Assembly: GCA_038247415.1 (NCBI GenBank)
Contig: JBBRUX010000075.1
Coordinates: 1-10,316, forward strand
DNA from: Chitinivibrionales bacterium
GTDB taxonomy: Bacteria; Fibrobacterota; Chitinivibrionia; Chitinivibrionales; WJKA01
DNA: 10,316 nucleotides
Reading direction: 5' to 3'
Below, one piece after another: positions 1 to 8,235 of this stretch. A program made the translations under genes and the position numbers. The stretch's first letter is position 1, and every line of letters begins with the position of its first letter. The notes beneath the pieces were generated by a model. It was given only the letters and a program-made list of their open reading frames with translations, did not search any database and was not told the origin of the DNA.

Positions 1-251
1 CGAAGGGCGGGGCGGCATGGGGTTCTTAGGGGTGGTTGCTGCTGACCACCCCTAAGTCTCGCGAAGCGGGTTTGGATTTCTCTTTTGCACGAGGGAGGAC
101 TGAAAGGTGATGGCCACACAGAGTGCGGCTATCAGTCTGGAGAGACCCAGGCACGCAGTGCCGCAGGGATTGACAGACCGGCTCACGAAGTGACGATGCA
201 TCTGAGTACACCCCTACGGGTGTTCCGCGGCGGCTCCCGACGGGTGGAGCC
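1..251. other. GC-rich, hairpin-dense non-coding element (candidate ssDNA-structured element or ncRNA), probably truncated at the window start
   Basis: Stems seen directly: CTTAGGGGTGGT/ACCACCCCTAAG (25-36/45-56, perfect 12 bp); CGC-GAA-GCG (60-68); imperfect TGATGGCCACAC-AGA-GTGCGGCTATCA (108-134); GGCAC-GCA-GTGCC (150-162); TCAC-GAA-GTGA (183-193); ACACCC-CTAC-GGGTGT (208-223); GGCTCC..GGAGCC (232-251). No convincing ORF. Function not recognised. Confidence 0.5.
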
Positions 252-252
252 T

Positions 253-290
253 AAAAGAAGGCCCGACGGCGCTCTTAGCGCCATCGGGCC
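253..290 (-). terminator. Probable intrinsic (Rho-independent) terminator for the minus-strand pyrR-pyrB-pyrC transcript
   Basis: Minus strand reads GGCCCGATGGCGCT-AAG-AGCGCCGTCGGGCC followed by TTCTTTT. The 14-bp stem is fully paired only on the minus strand (U.G wobble, versus a C/A mismatch on plus). It lies 18 nt after the stop of the 309-521 ORF. Confidence 0.65.
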
Positions 291-308
291 CAAATGTTTA
301 TACTTTTA

Positions 309-521
309 TTATAATACTTGACCTTTAATTGCTGGCATTTTTCCCACTAGTTCAAACAGCGAAAATCCAAAAAAGTAAATTAGAGCTAGCATTATTTCGA
401 CAAAGACAGCACCACATATCACATTCCACCAGACCACTACTTTACGGTGTGCGCAACCTGCCTGCATGAGACACAAGCTGACAAGCAATGCGATGGCAAG
501 AATTGTTCTAAAAAAGCCCAA
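309..521 (-). CDS. Possible small membrane protein (70 aa, two hydrophobic segments)
   Basis: TTG start 20 nt after the pyrC stop, same strand, ending just before the terminator. Hydrophobic stretches ILAIALLVSLCLM and VICGAVFVEIMLALIYFFGF. No clear Shine-Dalgarno (SD) sequence and no recognised family. Confidence 0.35.
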   Translation of the reverse strand: MGFFRTILAIALLVSLCLMQAGCAHRKVVVWWNVICGAVFVEIMLALIYFFGFSLFELVGKMPAIKGQVL

Positions 522-541
522 CCCGGGGTTTACGATCTGCT

Positions 542-1885
542 CTAGAGAACACGTTCATAGACAATTCTTCCACCCATGATAGTTGTAGTTGCACATCCGT
601 AGAACGACATTCCTTCGAAAGCGGTATTACGCGATTTCGAATAGAACGAAGAAGGATCTACTGCAAGATACGCATCGGGATTGATAATTGTAACGTCGGC
701 CATGGAACCTGGTGAAAGTGTGCCACTGTCAACGCGCATGATTTTGCTCGGGTTATAGCTCATTTTTTCGATAAGCGACAAAGGAGAAATAATTCCACTA
801 CGAACCAGTGCCGTGATAGATGCACCAAGCGCCGTCTCAAGCCCAATTACACCAAATGCTGCTGCTTCAAATTCTACGCCATGTTTATCTTCACTCACAT
901 GCGGCGCATGATCGGTTGCAATGGCATCGATCGTGCCATCGGCAAGGCCCTGAATAATCGCCAGGCGATCAATCTCGGTGCGCAAGGGCGGGTTCATTTT
1001 TTTATGGGCATCATAGTTGACAAGAGCTTCATCGGTAAGAATAAAATAATGAGGACATGTCTCGGTTGTTACGGCAACGCCACGTTCCTTGGCCTCTGCA
1101 ATAATCTGCACAGCGCCTTTAGTTGATACATGTGCAATATGTACGCGCGCTCCGGTGTATTCTGCCAGCATGATATCCCGTGCCACTGCAATTTCTTCGG
1201 CAACAGTGGGCATACCCCGAATCCCGAGTCTAGTTGACATAGCGCCTTCATTCATGTGCGCGCCTTCAACAAGATCTGCATCATCGGAATGGCAAATAAC
1301 AGGAATACCAAAAGACTTGGAATAATTAAAGGCATTGCGCATTACACTTGACTTGCGCACCGATTTACCATCGTCGGATACTGCGCGTGCGCCAGCTTTT
1401 ACCATTTCGCCAAATGGAGAAAGTTCTTCGCCTTCGAGGTTTTTTGTAATTGACCCAATAGGATAAATACGACTTGTGCAGCATTCACCACGTTGAACAA
1501 CATAGCGGATTTTTGATTCTTCATCAAGCACAGGGGTTGTATTGGGCATACACGCAACTGCGGTAAACCCACCTGCGGATGCAGCCTGCGTTCCGGTTTC
1601 GATTGTTTCGCGATCTTCCCGTCCTGGTTCCCGCAAGTGAACATGAATATCCACAAGACCTGGCACTACCCATTGTCCACGCGCATCGATCGTTTTTGCA
1701 GGTGTAAAGTCGGCAGGTTTTGTTTCGGTAACACTTACAATTTTACCACCGCTTAAGGCAACATACCTGATACCATCGATACTATTTGCAGGATCGAGAA
1801 CTCTGCCATTCTCGATAAGAATATTCTCGGGCGCACTCGACAACGAAATAGGATAAATACATTGACCATTTTTTTTCTTAAGCAT
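542..1885 (-). CDS. pyrC: Dihydroorotase (type I, amidohydrolase family)
   Basis: Motifs PGLVDIHVHLREPG, GGFTAVACMPNT, HIAHVST, CPHY, KMNPPLR, IATDHAPH, SKSRNTAF. Start moved to ATG 1885 (GGAG upstream; overlaps the pyrB stop as ATGCTTAA). 447 aa. Confidence 0.95.
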   Translation of the reverse strand: MLKKKNGQCIYPISLSSAPENILIENGRVLDPANSIDGIRYVALSGGKIVSVTETKPADFTPAKTIDARGQWVVPGLVDIHVHLREPGREDRETIETGTQAASAGGFTAVACMPNTTPVLDEESKIRYVVQRGECCTSRIYPIGSITKNLEGEELSPFGEMVKAGARAVSDDGKSVRKSSVMRNAFNYSKSFGIPVICHSDDADLVEGAHMNEGAMSTRLGIRGMPTVAEEIAVARDIMLAEYTGARVHIAHVSTKGAVQIIAEAKERGVAVTTETCPHYFILTDEALVNYDAHKKMNPPLRTEIDRLAIIQGLADGTIDAIATDHAPHVSEDKHGVEFEAAAFGVIGLETALGASITALVRSGIISPLSLIEKMSYNPSKIMRVDSGTLSPGSMADVTIINPDAYLAVDPSSFYSKSRNTAFEGMSFYGCATTTIMGGRIVYERVL

Positions 1886-2804
1886 AATCTCCGCCTCCCA
1901 GCAGATAGAGCACAGCCATTCGCATAGCAACGCCATTGGTGACCTGGTCGAGAATTACAGAATGCTCGGAATCTGCAACCGTAGAAGCAAGCTCGATTCC
2001 CCGGTTGATTGGCCCCGGGTGCATAATAACAATATCCCGTTCCAGCTTTTCTATTTTATCAAGATCGATACCATACCGTTCGCGATATTCACGAACAGAC
2101 GGGAACAAAGCATTCTGCTGCCGTTCGAGCTGCAGACGCAAAAGCATAACAATATCAGCACCCTCAAGTGCCTCATCCAAATTATCGGTAACACTAACTC
2201 CTAAGCTCTCCGGATGTTGTGGCAACATAGTTGGTGGGCCACACAGAACAACATCCATACCCATGGTTTTCATACCCCAGGCATTTGAACGTGCAACCCG
2301 GCTATGCAGAATATCCCCAACAATTGCCACTCGTAAACCTTCGAGCGTGCCAAATTTGCGCCGGATCGTCATCATATCTAAAAGTGCCTGGGTAGGATGC
2401 TCATGTGATCCATCTCCAGCATTAATGATAACTGCATCGGTGCATTGCGTTAAAAAATAGGGAACCCCGGGCGATGCATGCCGAACTACCACCATATCGA
2501 TTTTCATTGCTTCGATATTACGGATAGTATCCTTGAGAATTTCACCTTTTTTTACAGAACTTGTTGTAGTGGAAAAATTGAGGGGATTTGCAGATAACCG
2601 TTTTTCGGCTAGCTCAAAAGAAATGCGAGTTCGAGTGCTGTTTTCGTAGAAAAGATTAACAATTGTTTTTCCCCGAAGGGTAGGAACCTGCTTAATCTCT
2701 CGTTGCAGAACCTCATGAAAATTATCCGCCGTGTCAAGCATAAGAGAGATATCGCTTGCATCGACGCCTTCTAAACCGAGCAGATGTTGAATTTTAAGCC
2801 CCAT
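1878..2804 (-). CDS. pyrB: Aspartate carbamoyltransferase catalytic subunit
   Basis: Carbamoyl-phosphate motif FYENSTRTRISFE, plus INAGDGSHEHPTQALLD, GDILHSRVARSN, MHPGPINRG and QVTNGVAMRMA. Located between pyrR and pyrC. Confidence 0.97.
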   Translation of the reverse strand: MGLKIQHLLGLEGVDASDISLMLDTADNFHEVLQREIKQVPTLRGKTIVNLFYENSTRTRISFELAEKRLSANPLNFSTTTSSVKKGEILKDTIRNIEAMKIDMVVVRHASPGVPYFLTQCTDAVIINAGDGSHEHPTQALLDMMTIRRKFGTLEGLRVAIVGDILHSRVARSNAWGMKTMGMDVVLCGPPTMLPQHPESLGVSVTDNLDEALEGADIVMLLRLQLERQQNALFPSVREYRERYGIDLDKIEKLERDIVIMHPGPINRGIELASTVADSEHSVILDQVTNGVAMRMAVLYLLGGGDYA

Positions 2805-2810
2805 AGGGGA

Positions 2811-3359
2811 TTACCCATCCTCCTCTGTTTGCATAAGCCACAAGGAATCTTCGCCATCTTTATCGGCAATCCGAAGACGAACTTCCTGATTTGCCGCAGT
2901 GGTTATTTTTTTACCAACAAAATCCGCCCGAATAGGCAACTCGCGATGCCCGCGGTCCACAAGTACTGCCAAAGAAATTGTTTTTGGTCTGCCAAAGTCT
3001 ATCAGAGCATCGAGGGCAGCTCGTACCGTTCGACCTGTGTATAAAACATCATCGATAAGAACAATGTTAATTTCGTTTATATCGAAGGGAATTTCTGTGA
3101 CTTGAACACTTGGCTGCTTAAATGCCACCCGAAAGTCATCTCGATAGAGCGTAACATCGAGAACACCGGCAACCAGTTTTGAAGATTTGAGCTGATTCAT
3201 TTTTGCTACAATACGCTGAGCAAGAAACACTCCACGCGTCTGCATACCAACGATCCCAACCATCGACAAATCGGGATACCGTTCGAGAATCTGGTGCGTA
3301 ATACGGGTTAATGCAAGATCCAGGGCATCTGCATCCATGAGGAGCTCAAGTGGTTTCAT
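2811..3359 (-). CDS. pyrR: Bifunctional pyr regulator / uracil phosphoribosyltransferase PyrR
   Basis: Motifs LTRITHQILE, GMQTRG, LDVTLYRDD, PRPP loop VLIDDVLYTGRTVRAALDAL and LAVLVDRGHRELPIRADFVG. ATG 3359 gives a typical 182-aa length. Confidence 0.95.
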   Translation of the reverse strand: MKPLELLMDADALDLALTRITHQILERYPDLSMVGIVGMQTRGVFLAQRIVAKMNQLKSSKLVAGVLDVTLYRDDFRVAFKQPSVQVTEIPFDINEINIVLIDDVLYTGRTVRAALDALIDFGRPKTISLAVLVDRGHRELPIRADFVGKKITTAANQEVRLRIADKDGEDSLWLMQTEEDG

Positions 3360-3365
3360 GGGATT

Positions 3366-3395
3366 AATATAGTCTTGGGGCAAAACAGAGAACAA
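3366..3395 (-). promoter_or_regulatory. Candidate sigma70 promoter of pyrR-pyrB-pyrC
   Basis: Minus strand TTGTTC (3395-3390), 18-nt spacer, TATATT (3371-3366), then 6 nt to the pyrR ATG. Confidence 0.35.
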
Positions 3396-3551
3396 GGGGT
3401 TTTTATGCGTTGTAACCTTTTTTCAACAGATTAATGATTGGCACGCCAAAAAAAGTGCGTACAATTTTAATATTGTGTAATATTATAGGCATTGCGTGGT
3501 TCTAAGAGTATCTCAATAACCCATTGTTCCCTTTATCCCAGAGAGATTATA

Positions 3552-4898
3552 ATGATTCGAAAATCTATACGCTTTGCCTTTCTTGCCTTATGCACGTTCA
3601 ATCTTTTTTCCTATGCCGATTGCCCATCATTTGTGAAAAAAAATAACCCCATCCTCGCGCCTGCAGCGCAGGCTCCCGCAGGTTTTATGGTATACAACAA
3701 ATTAAACTCCTCCAGCAAAGAACTTGCGGGTGTTTACACAACCCCAATAAATAGTTTTTCGGAAAAAGTTATTCCCTCCACCGAAACCGATCCACCAACA
3801 AACATCGATATGACCTGGGATAGCAAATGGATAGTGTACCTTTCTACTGCAACACGCAAAATTTACATTGTTCGCGTTGACGGAACAGGAAAAACAGAAG
3901 TTCCCGTTACCGTGAATGCCACGGGATTTCCCAGAAGCACTGGGTTTTGGCATGATGGACGGCGCGGATTAGAAATCTTTTATACCGCCAGTCAAACCCT
4001 CATAAAATCGGTATCGGTGACGTTACCTGAAACTGGCCCTGCAACGTTTGGAACCAGTGAATCGTTGGTTTTTCTCAATAGGAGCCCCTGGGTATTTGAT
4101 TATGCGTCTTTTTATGCATATCAATGTGCCAACAAGCGACATTTTGTTACCCAGCTTATTTGTACAGGGAAATGTGGTACCGACGGTAAAGAAATCCGGC
4201 GATTTGGCTTTTTTACTCTCCCTATGGATTCGGGCTCAGTGGCAACCATGGATTCGATGTATACGTTTAAAGACATGCCCGACACGTCAATTTACGGATG
4301 TGGATTTGCTCTCTCTGCAGATGCGAAAATGGTCCTTGCAAATCCTGGGAGTCAAGGCGATCCGATCTGCGTACCAAATCGAGAAAGTCATCTCGACCAC
4401 AAGGGATTCATGATCGAACCTTTTAAAGAAGTATCCGATTCGGCAATAAGCGTTCACGACATCATAAACGACGAAGGCATTTCTGTAAACTGGGCACCCA
4501 CTTCATACCGTTTTGGATTACACTACGAAGTCGACTTTTCTAACTGGAACTTTATACGTGGATCAGAATCGTATGTGAGCGGTACTCTTACCGGGGCATG
4601 GGCTGGGAAGGATTTCGTACGTGGATTATGGGTTGTCAATTGGAAAGAAAATGCTTGGTATCAAGTTTCTAATACCAACCTTGTTTCCACATCGGCCATT
4701 GCGGCATTTACAGCAGGAGACCCTATTAAGCATCCACTGCGGGCGCATCAGAATTCTTATACAGTATCAACTAACGTGAAATACTATTCTTTAACCGGTC
4801 GGCGCATTAACCCCACGGGAATGCCAAAAGCGTTCACACCACCTCGTGGCGTTATCATTCGTGTTGCAGAAAACAAGGCGCTCAAAGCAATCCAATAA
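3552..4898 (+). CDS. Secreted protein with TolB/PD40-like beta-propeller segments and a T9SS-type C-terminal tail
   Basis: Signal peptide MIRKSIRFAFLALCTFNLFSYA from ATG 3552. Blade-like segments DMTWDSKWIVYLS..KIYIVRVDGTGKTEV and ALSADAKMVLA. The basic C-terminus YYSLTGRRI..PRGVIIRV resembles Por/T9SS sorting tails. 448 aa. Domain calls are by eye. Confidence 0.7.
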   Translation: MIRKSIRFAFLALCTFNLFSYADCPSFVKKNNPILAPAAQAPAGFMVYNKLNSSSKELAGVYTTPINSFSEKVIPSTETDPPTNIDMTWDSKWIVYLSTATRKIYIVRVDGTGKTEVPVTVNATGFPRSTGFWHDGRRGLEIFYTASQTLIKSVSVTLPETGPATFGTSESLVFLNRSPWVFDYASFYAYQCANKRHFVTQLICTGKCGTDGKEIRRFGFFTLPMDSGSVATMDSMYTFKDMPDTSIYGCGFALSADAKMVLANPGSQGDPICVPNRESHLDHKGFMIEPFKEVSDSAISVHDIINDEGISVNWAPTSYRFGLHYEVDFSNWNFIRGSESYVSGTLTGAWAGKDFVRGLWVVNWKENAWYQVSNTNLVSTSAIAAFTAGDPIKHPLRAHQNSYTVSTNVKYYSLTGRRINPTGMPKAFTPPRGVIIRVAENKALKAIQ

Positions 4899-4938
4899 GC
4901 AAACCGATATCAATTACCTTGCTATAGATCGAGATCAT

Positions 4939-5937
4939 ATGACTGTGCTGTTTTTTTCGAGGGTTATAAAAATTGTTGTTGCCATGTTTGGTATATGTAG
5001 CCTTTTAAACTGTACAGTTACCCAACCGATCTCAACACAAAGTAAATCTGTTTTTGTAAATCATGATACCTCTGCTTATATATTTGACACCCTGTATTTT
5101 GCTGCAGTTAAACCAGATACACAATCCACAGGCTATTCCTATCGATGGTCATTCTCCGAACCGGGGAAACAAGATACTATAACACATACGCCAGAAATAG
5201 CGCATGCATACACGAGTTTCGGAGTTCACAAAACAATTGTAACAATATCTAAAAACGGGAAAGCATATCTACCCGACACCCTGCTCGTTACCATTTTGAA
5301 CAACCCTGCCCTTTACTCCGTTTCTCCCTCAGATACAACAATTACACTTTTTGATACGATTGCGATAAAAGGATCTATCAACCTTTGTGCTCAATCTCTT
5401 GTTTTTTCCATTGATGCGGCGCAAAGCGGTAATTTTGTTCCCTTAACTAATATGACTCCTGTCAAATTTTTATTTACTCAATGCAATACCTATTATCCGA
5501 TACTTTCAATTACCGATTATGCCGGCGCTACATTATTCGATACTCTTAAAGGAATCGATGCACGACTTTACCCGCAAGAACCAATAACCGATAGCGCCTC
5601 TCAGAATTACCGCGTTGTATTTCCCAATGGGGGAGAAACGTGGTATATTGGCGAACAGTGTACGCTCAAATTATGGGCTACGATCCCAGGAGATGCGAAT
5701 GTAAATCTTCTTATCGGTAAAAATAGATTTGAGATTCCTGGCCTTGGCAGTAAGCTCACCATATCTTCCGATTCCGTATTCACCTTTACTATGCCCGACT
5801 CTTTAACCGCCGAGATCTCTCCCGGTAACGCCATAAAGATAAGCGCTCAAACCGATGCAATTCTCATTGATGTCAGAAGCTACGACAATAGAATTTCAGA
5901 TCAATCCGATTGTTACTTCAGGGTCCGCAAACGATAA
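4939..5937 (+). CDS. Putative lipoprotein with PKD-like Ig-fold domains and a C-terminal PNGGE-type beta-sandwich
   Basis: ATG 4939 removes the overlap with the upstream gene. Hydrophobic leader ends in LLNC (lipobox-like). YSYRWSF..HAYTSFGVHKTIVTI is PKD-like, with a second degenerate repeat ending YYPILSITDYAG. VVFPNGGETWYIGEQCTLKLW motif. 332 aa. Confidence 0.65.
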   Translation: MTVLFFSRVIKIVVAMFGICSLLNCTVTQPISTQSKSVFVNHDTSAYIFDTLYFAAVKPDTQSTGYSYRWSFSEPGKQDTITHTPEIAHAYTSFGVHKTIVTISKNGKAYLPDTLLVTILNNPALYSVSPSDTTITLFDTIAIKGSINLCAQSLVFSIDAAQSGNFVPLTNMTPVKFLFTQCNTYYPILSITDYAGATLFDTLKGIDARLYPQEPITDSASQNYRVVFPNGGETWYIGEQCTLKLWATIPGDANVNLLIGKNRFEIPGLGSKLTISSDSVFTFTMPDSLTAEISPGNAIKISAQTDAILIDVRSYDNRISDQSDCYFRVRKR

Positions 5938-6026
5938 GCCCCTAGTTTTTTTCGATCCAACAGGCTAATTTTTCCGAAATAACCTATTTTGATACTTTGG
6001 TATATCATTTCACAGGGAGGTCGCTT

Positions 6027-6461
6027 GTGCTTCGTGGAATATCACCGCTGATTGGGCCAGAACTTTTAGCCATTATGCATCGTATGGGACATGGCGACGA
6101 AATTGTCCTTGCCGATGCTCATTTCCCAGCAGAATCGGTTAACGCACGCGTTATTCGTGCTGATGGCGTTCGCATTGCTCCTCTTATTGATGCGATGCTT
6201 CCGCTCTTTGTTTTGGACCCTTATGTAGACACCCCACTCTTTATGATGCAGGCTGTGCCCGGCGATACTCTCGATGCCACGGTAGAAGCTGAGTATAGAG
6301 CTTCGATTGATAAACATTGGCCCAAAACGCCCCCCATCGCACGCATCGAACGCTTTGCATTTTACGATAGATCAAAAACTGCTTTTGCGGTTGTAGTAAC
6401 ATCGGAAACTGCAAAATATGGGAACATTATTCTTAAAAAAGGTGTAACTCCTCTTTCTTAG
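6027..6461 (+). CDS. fucU: L-fucose mutarotase (RbsD/FucU family)
   Basis: SD GGGAGG at 6015-6020 before GTG 6027. MLRGISPLIGPELL..MGHGDEIVLADAHFP and ERFAFY..AFAVVVTSETAKYGNIILKKGV are FucU-type signatures. 144 aa. Confidence 0.9.
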   Translation: MLRGISPLIGPELLAIMHRMGHGDEIVLADAHFPAESVNARVIRADGVRIAPLIDAMLPLFVLDPYVDTPLFMMQAVPGDTLDATVEAEYRASIDKHWPKTPPIARIERFAFYDRSKTAFAVVVTSETAKYGNIILKKGVTPLS

Positions 6462-6471
6462 CATCACTCTT

Positions 6472-7245
6472 ATGAAACAGACCAACACTACCATTATCAG
6501 CAATATTCCTTTGTGTCCCGACTGGTTTGAACTAACCTTTACATGGGATATTTTGTCAGGCATCCCAATGCCGGGGCAATTTCTTACCATTCGTATTGTC
6601 AACCAAACCAGCCCGCTTTTGCGACGGCCTTTTGCATTCTCATGGTTTGATCGTGCAAGCTCCCAAGCCTCTATTATTTACCAGCGTAGAGGCCCCGCCA
6701 CTGCACTTTTAGCAGGATTGCGCACGGGTGATACGCTTGATTGCATTGGGCCATTGGGAAATGGATTTGAGCCGTTTATTTCTCAAAAAAGCATTATAGC
6801 GGTTGCCGGCGGTATTGGGATTGGCCCCATGGCATTTTTTGCGCGCACCGAAAACAACAACGCACGCCCCATCCAATTTGTGTATGGCTGCAGAACCGCA
6901 AGCATGATTCCAGCAACCTCATGGTTTGATGATCTTAAGACTATTGTGTGTACCGATGATGGTTCTGTGGGTTTTAAAGGAACCACCGGCGATTATTTGA
7001 GATCGCTTCCGGCAAACCGCTACTCTTTATATGACCTCTTCTGTTGCGGACCAACACCAATGCTTGCTTCATGCGCACGATTTGCACAGGAAAACAATGT
7101 AACCTGTATCGTCTCGGTTGAACAGGTCATGGCCTGCGGGGTTGGTGCCTGTATGGGTTGCGTTGTCAAAACAATAGATGGCTTTGTACGATCCTGCAAA
7201 GATGGCCCAGTATTTAACGCACAAAAACTTATGTGGGAATCTTAA
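6472..7245 (+). CDS. pyrK: Dihydroorotate dehydrogenase B electron-transfer subunit (FAD, 2Fe-2S)
   Basis: Motifs PGQF, LLRRPF, GPLGNGF, AGGIGIGP, TDDGS, CGPTPML and the 2Fe-2S motif MACGVGACMGC..CKDGPVF. Directly upstream of pyrD. Confidence 0.93.
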   Translation: MKQTNTTIISNIPLCPDWFELTFTWDILSGIPMPGQFLTIRIVNQTSPLLRRPFAFSWFDRASSQASIIYQRRGPATALLAGLRTGDTLDCIGPLGNGFEPFISQKSIIAVAGGIGIGPMAFFARTENNNARPIQFVYGCRTASMIPATSWFDDLKTIVCTDDGSVGFKGTTGDYLRSLPANRYSLYDLFCCGPTPMLASCARFAQENNVTCIVSVEQVMACGVGACMGCVVKTIDGFVRSCKDGPVFNAQKLMWES

Positions 7246-7248
7246 ACC

Positions 7249-8163
7249 ATGAATACACCAGACCTCGGTGTTACTATCGGAATTAAAAAGCTCCCCAACC
7301 CTGTTGGTGTTGCGTCGGGCACCTTTGGCTACGGCTCGGAATACGAATCCCTTATGGATTTGTCGATTCTTGGAGCCCTTTACACCAAAGCAATAACGTT
7401 GCTCCCACGCGGGGGCAACGAAATTCCTCGCATCATAGAAACGCCAAGCGGAATTCTCAATGCAATTGGCTTAGCTAATGTGGGCGTTGATGTTTTTGTA
7501 CGTGACAAGCTGCCGTTTCTGAGAACCCTTTCATCACCTATAATTGCCAATGTGGCCGGTTCTATTGAAGAAGAATACATTGCCGTTGTAGAAAAACTCG
7601 AATCATTTTCGGGAATAAGCGGCTACGAAATCAACATCTCGTGCCCTAATGTCAAGCATGGTGGCCTCTCGTTTGGAACCGATCCTGCTATGGTGGAATC
7701 TCTCACAGGCAAACTACGGGCAAAAACTAAGCTCCCGCTTATTATTAAACTTACGCCCAATGTAACCGATATCGCAGTTATTGCCAAGGCTGCAGAAGCA
7801 GGTGGTGCTGATGCTGTTTCTTGCATAAACACCCTTATTGGAATGGTAATCGATACAAAACAAAAGAAAATTGTCCTCGCAAATAAAACCGGAGGGTTAT
7901 CGGGACCGGCAATCAGACCAATTGCAGTTGCAATGACCTACAAGGTTGCACGGTCTATTCAAATTCCTGTTATTGGCATTGGGGGAATTATGACTGCGGA
8001 TGATGCTCTACAGTTTTTGCTGGCTGGAGCATCGGCCATTCAGGTTGGGACAGGAACGTTTGTTGACCCCTCAATACCAAAACAGGTGCATGATGGCATT
8101 ATGGCGTATGCTCTCTGTAATAAGCTTACCTGCATAGAAGATTTTCACGAGTTTTTACCGTAA
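7249..8163 (+). CDS. pyrD: Dihydroorotate dehydrogenase family 1B catalytic subunit
   Basis: Motifs NPVGVASGTFG, NAIGLAN, catalytic EINISCPN, KLTPN, INT, GGLSGPAIRP, IGIGGI, AGASAIQVGT. Confidence 0.96.
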   Translation: MNTPDLGVTIGIKKLPNPVGVASGTFGYGSEYESLMDLSILGALYTKAITLLPRGGNEIPRIIETPSGILNAIGLANVGVDVFVRDKLPFLRTLSSPIIANVAGSIEEEYIAVVEKLESFSGISGYEINISCPNVKHGGLSFGTDPAMVESLTGKLRAKTKLPLIIKLTPNVTDIAVIAKAAEAGGADAVSCINTLIGMVIDTKQKKIVLANKTGGLSGPAIRPIAVAMTYKVARSIQIPVIGIGGIMTADDALQFLLAGASAIQVGTGTFVDPSIPKQVHDGIMAYALCNKLTCIEDFHEFLP

Positions 8164-8235
8164 TGTTGCCTATGCTTGCTTTTTATGCAACAGTAAACAC
8201 TCTCGACTAAGCCAATCCATACGCATTCGTAAGGA

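Noticed and set aside
165..251. Resemblance to HEARO/omegaRNA (TTGACAGAC..ACACC..GGGTG) or group II intron domain V (GAGCCG on minus)
   Set aside because: Only short word matches. No IscB/RT ORF adjacent in the window and no proper domain V stem could be built.
26..321. ORFs 26-211 (-) and 85-321 (+)
   Set aside because: Short, no SD or recognisable domain, and they run through dense inverted repeats. More consistent with non-coding structure.
1886..1936. Longer pyrC start at 1936 (likewise extended starts at 3395, 3492, 4846 and 5997)
   Set aside because: These extensions overlap neighbouring genes or precede better starts that match SD position, signal peptides or family N-termini.
881..3105. 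Alternative-frame and antisense ORFs within pyrC, pyrB and pyrR (e.g. 1936-2460 +)
   Set aside because: Fully overlap well-supported housekeeping genes and show no protein motifs. The same applies to the short shadow ORFs between 3702 and 9543.
3439..3458. Sigma54 promoter (TGGCACG)
   Set aside because: The -24 element matches but there is no TTGC at the required -12 spacing (the sequence there is AAAA).
4924..4940. ATAGATCGAGATCATAT as a degenerate third REP
   Set aside because: Only a short GATC-GA-GATC core matches. It lacks the GACAG/CTGTC arms and GTA/TAC ends.
8164..8192. TGTTGC..GCAACA as a terminator after pyrD
   Set aside because: 6-bp stem with a 17-nt loop and no following U-tract.
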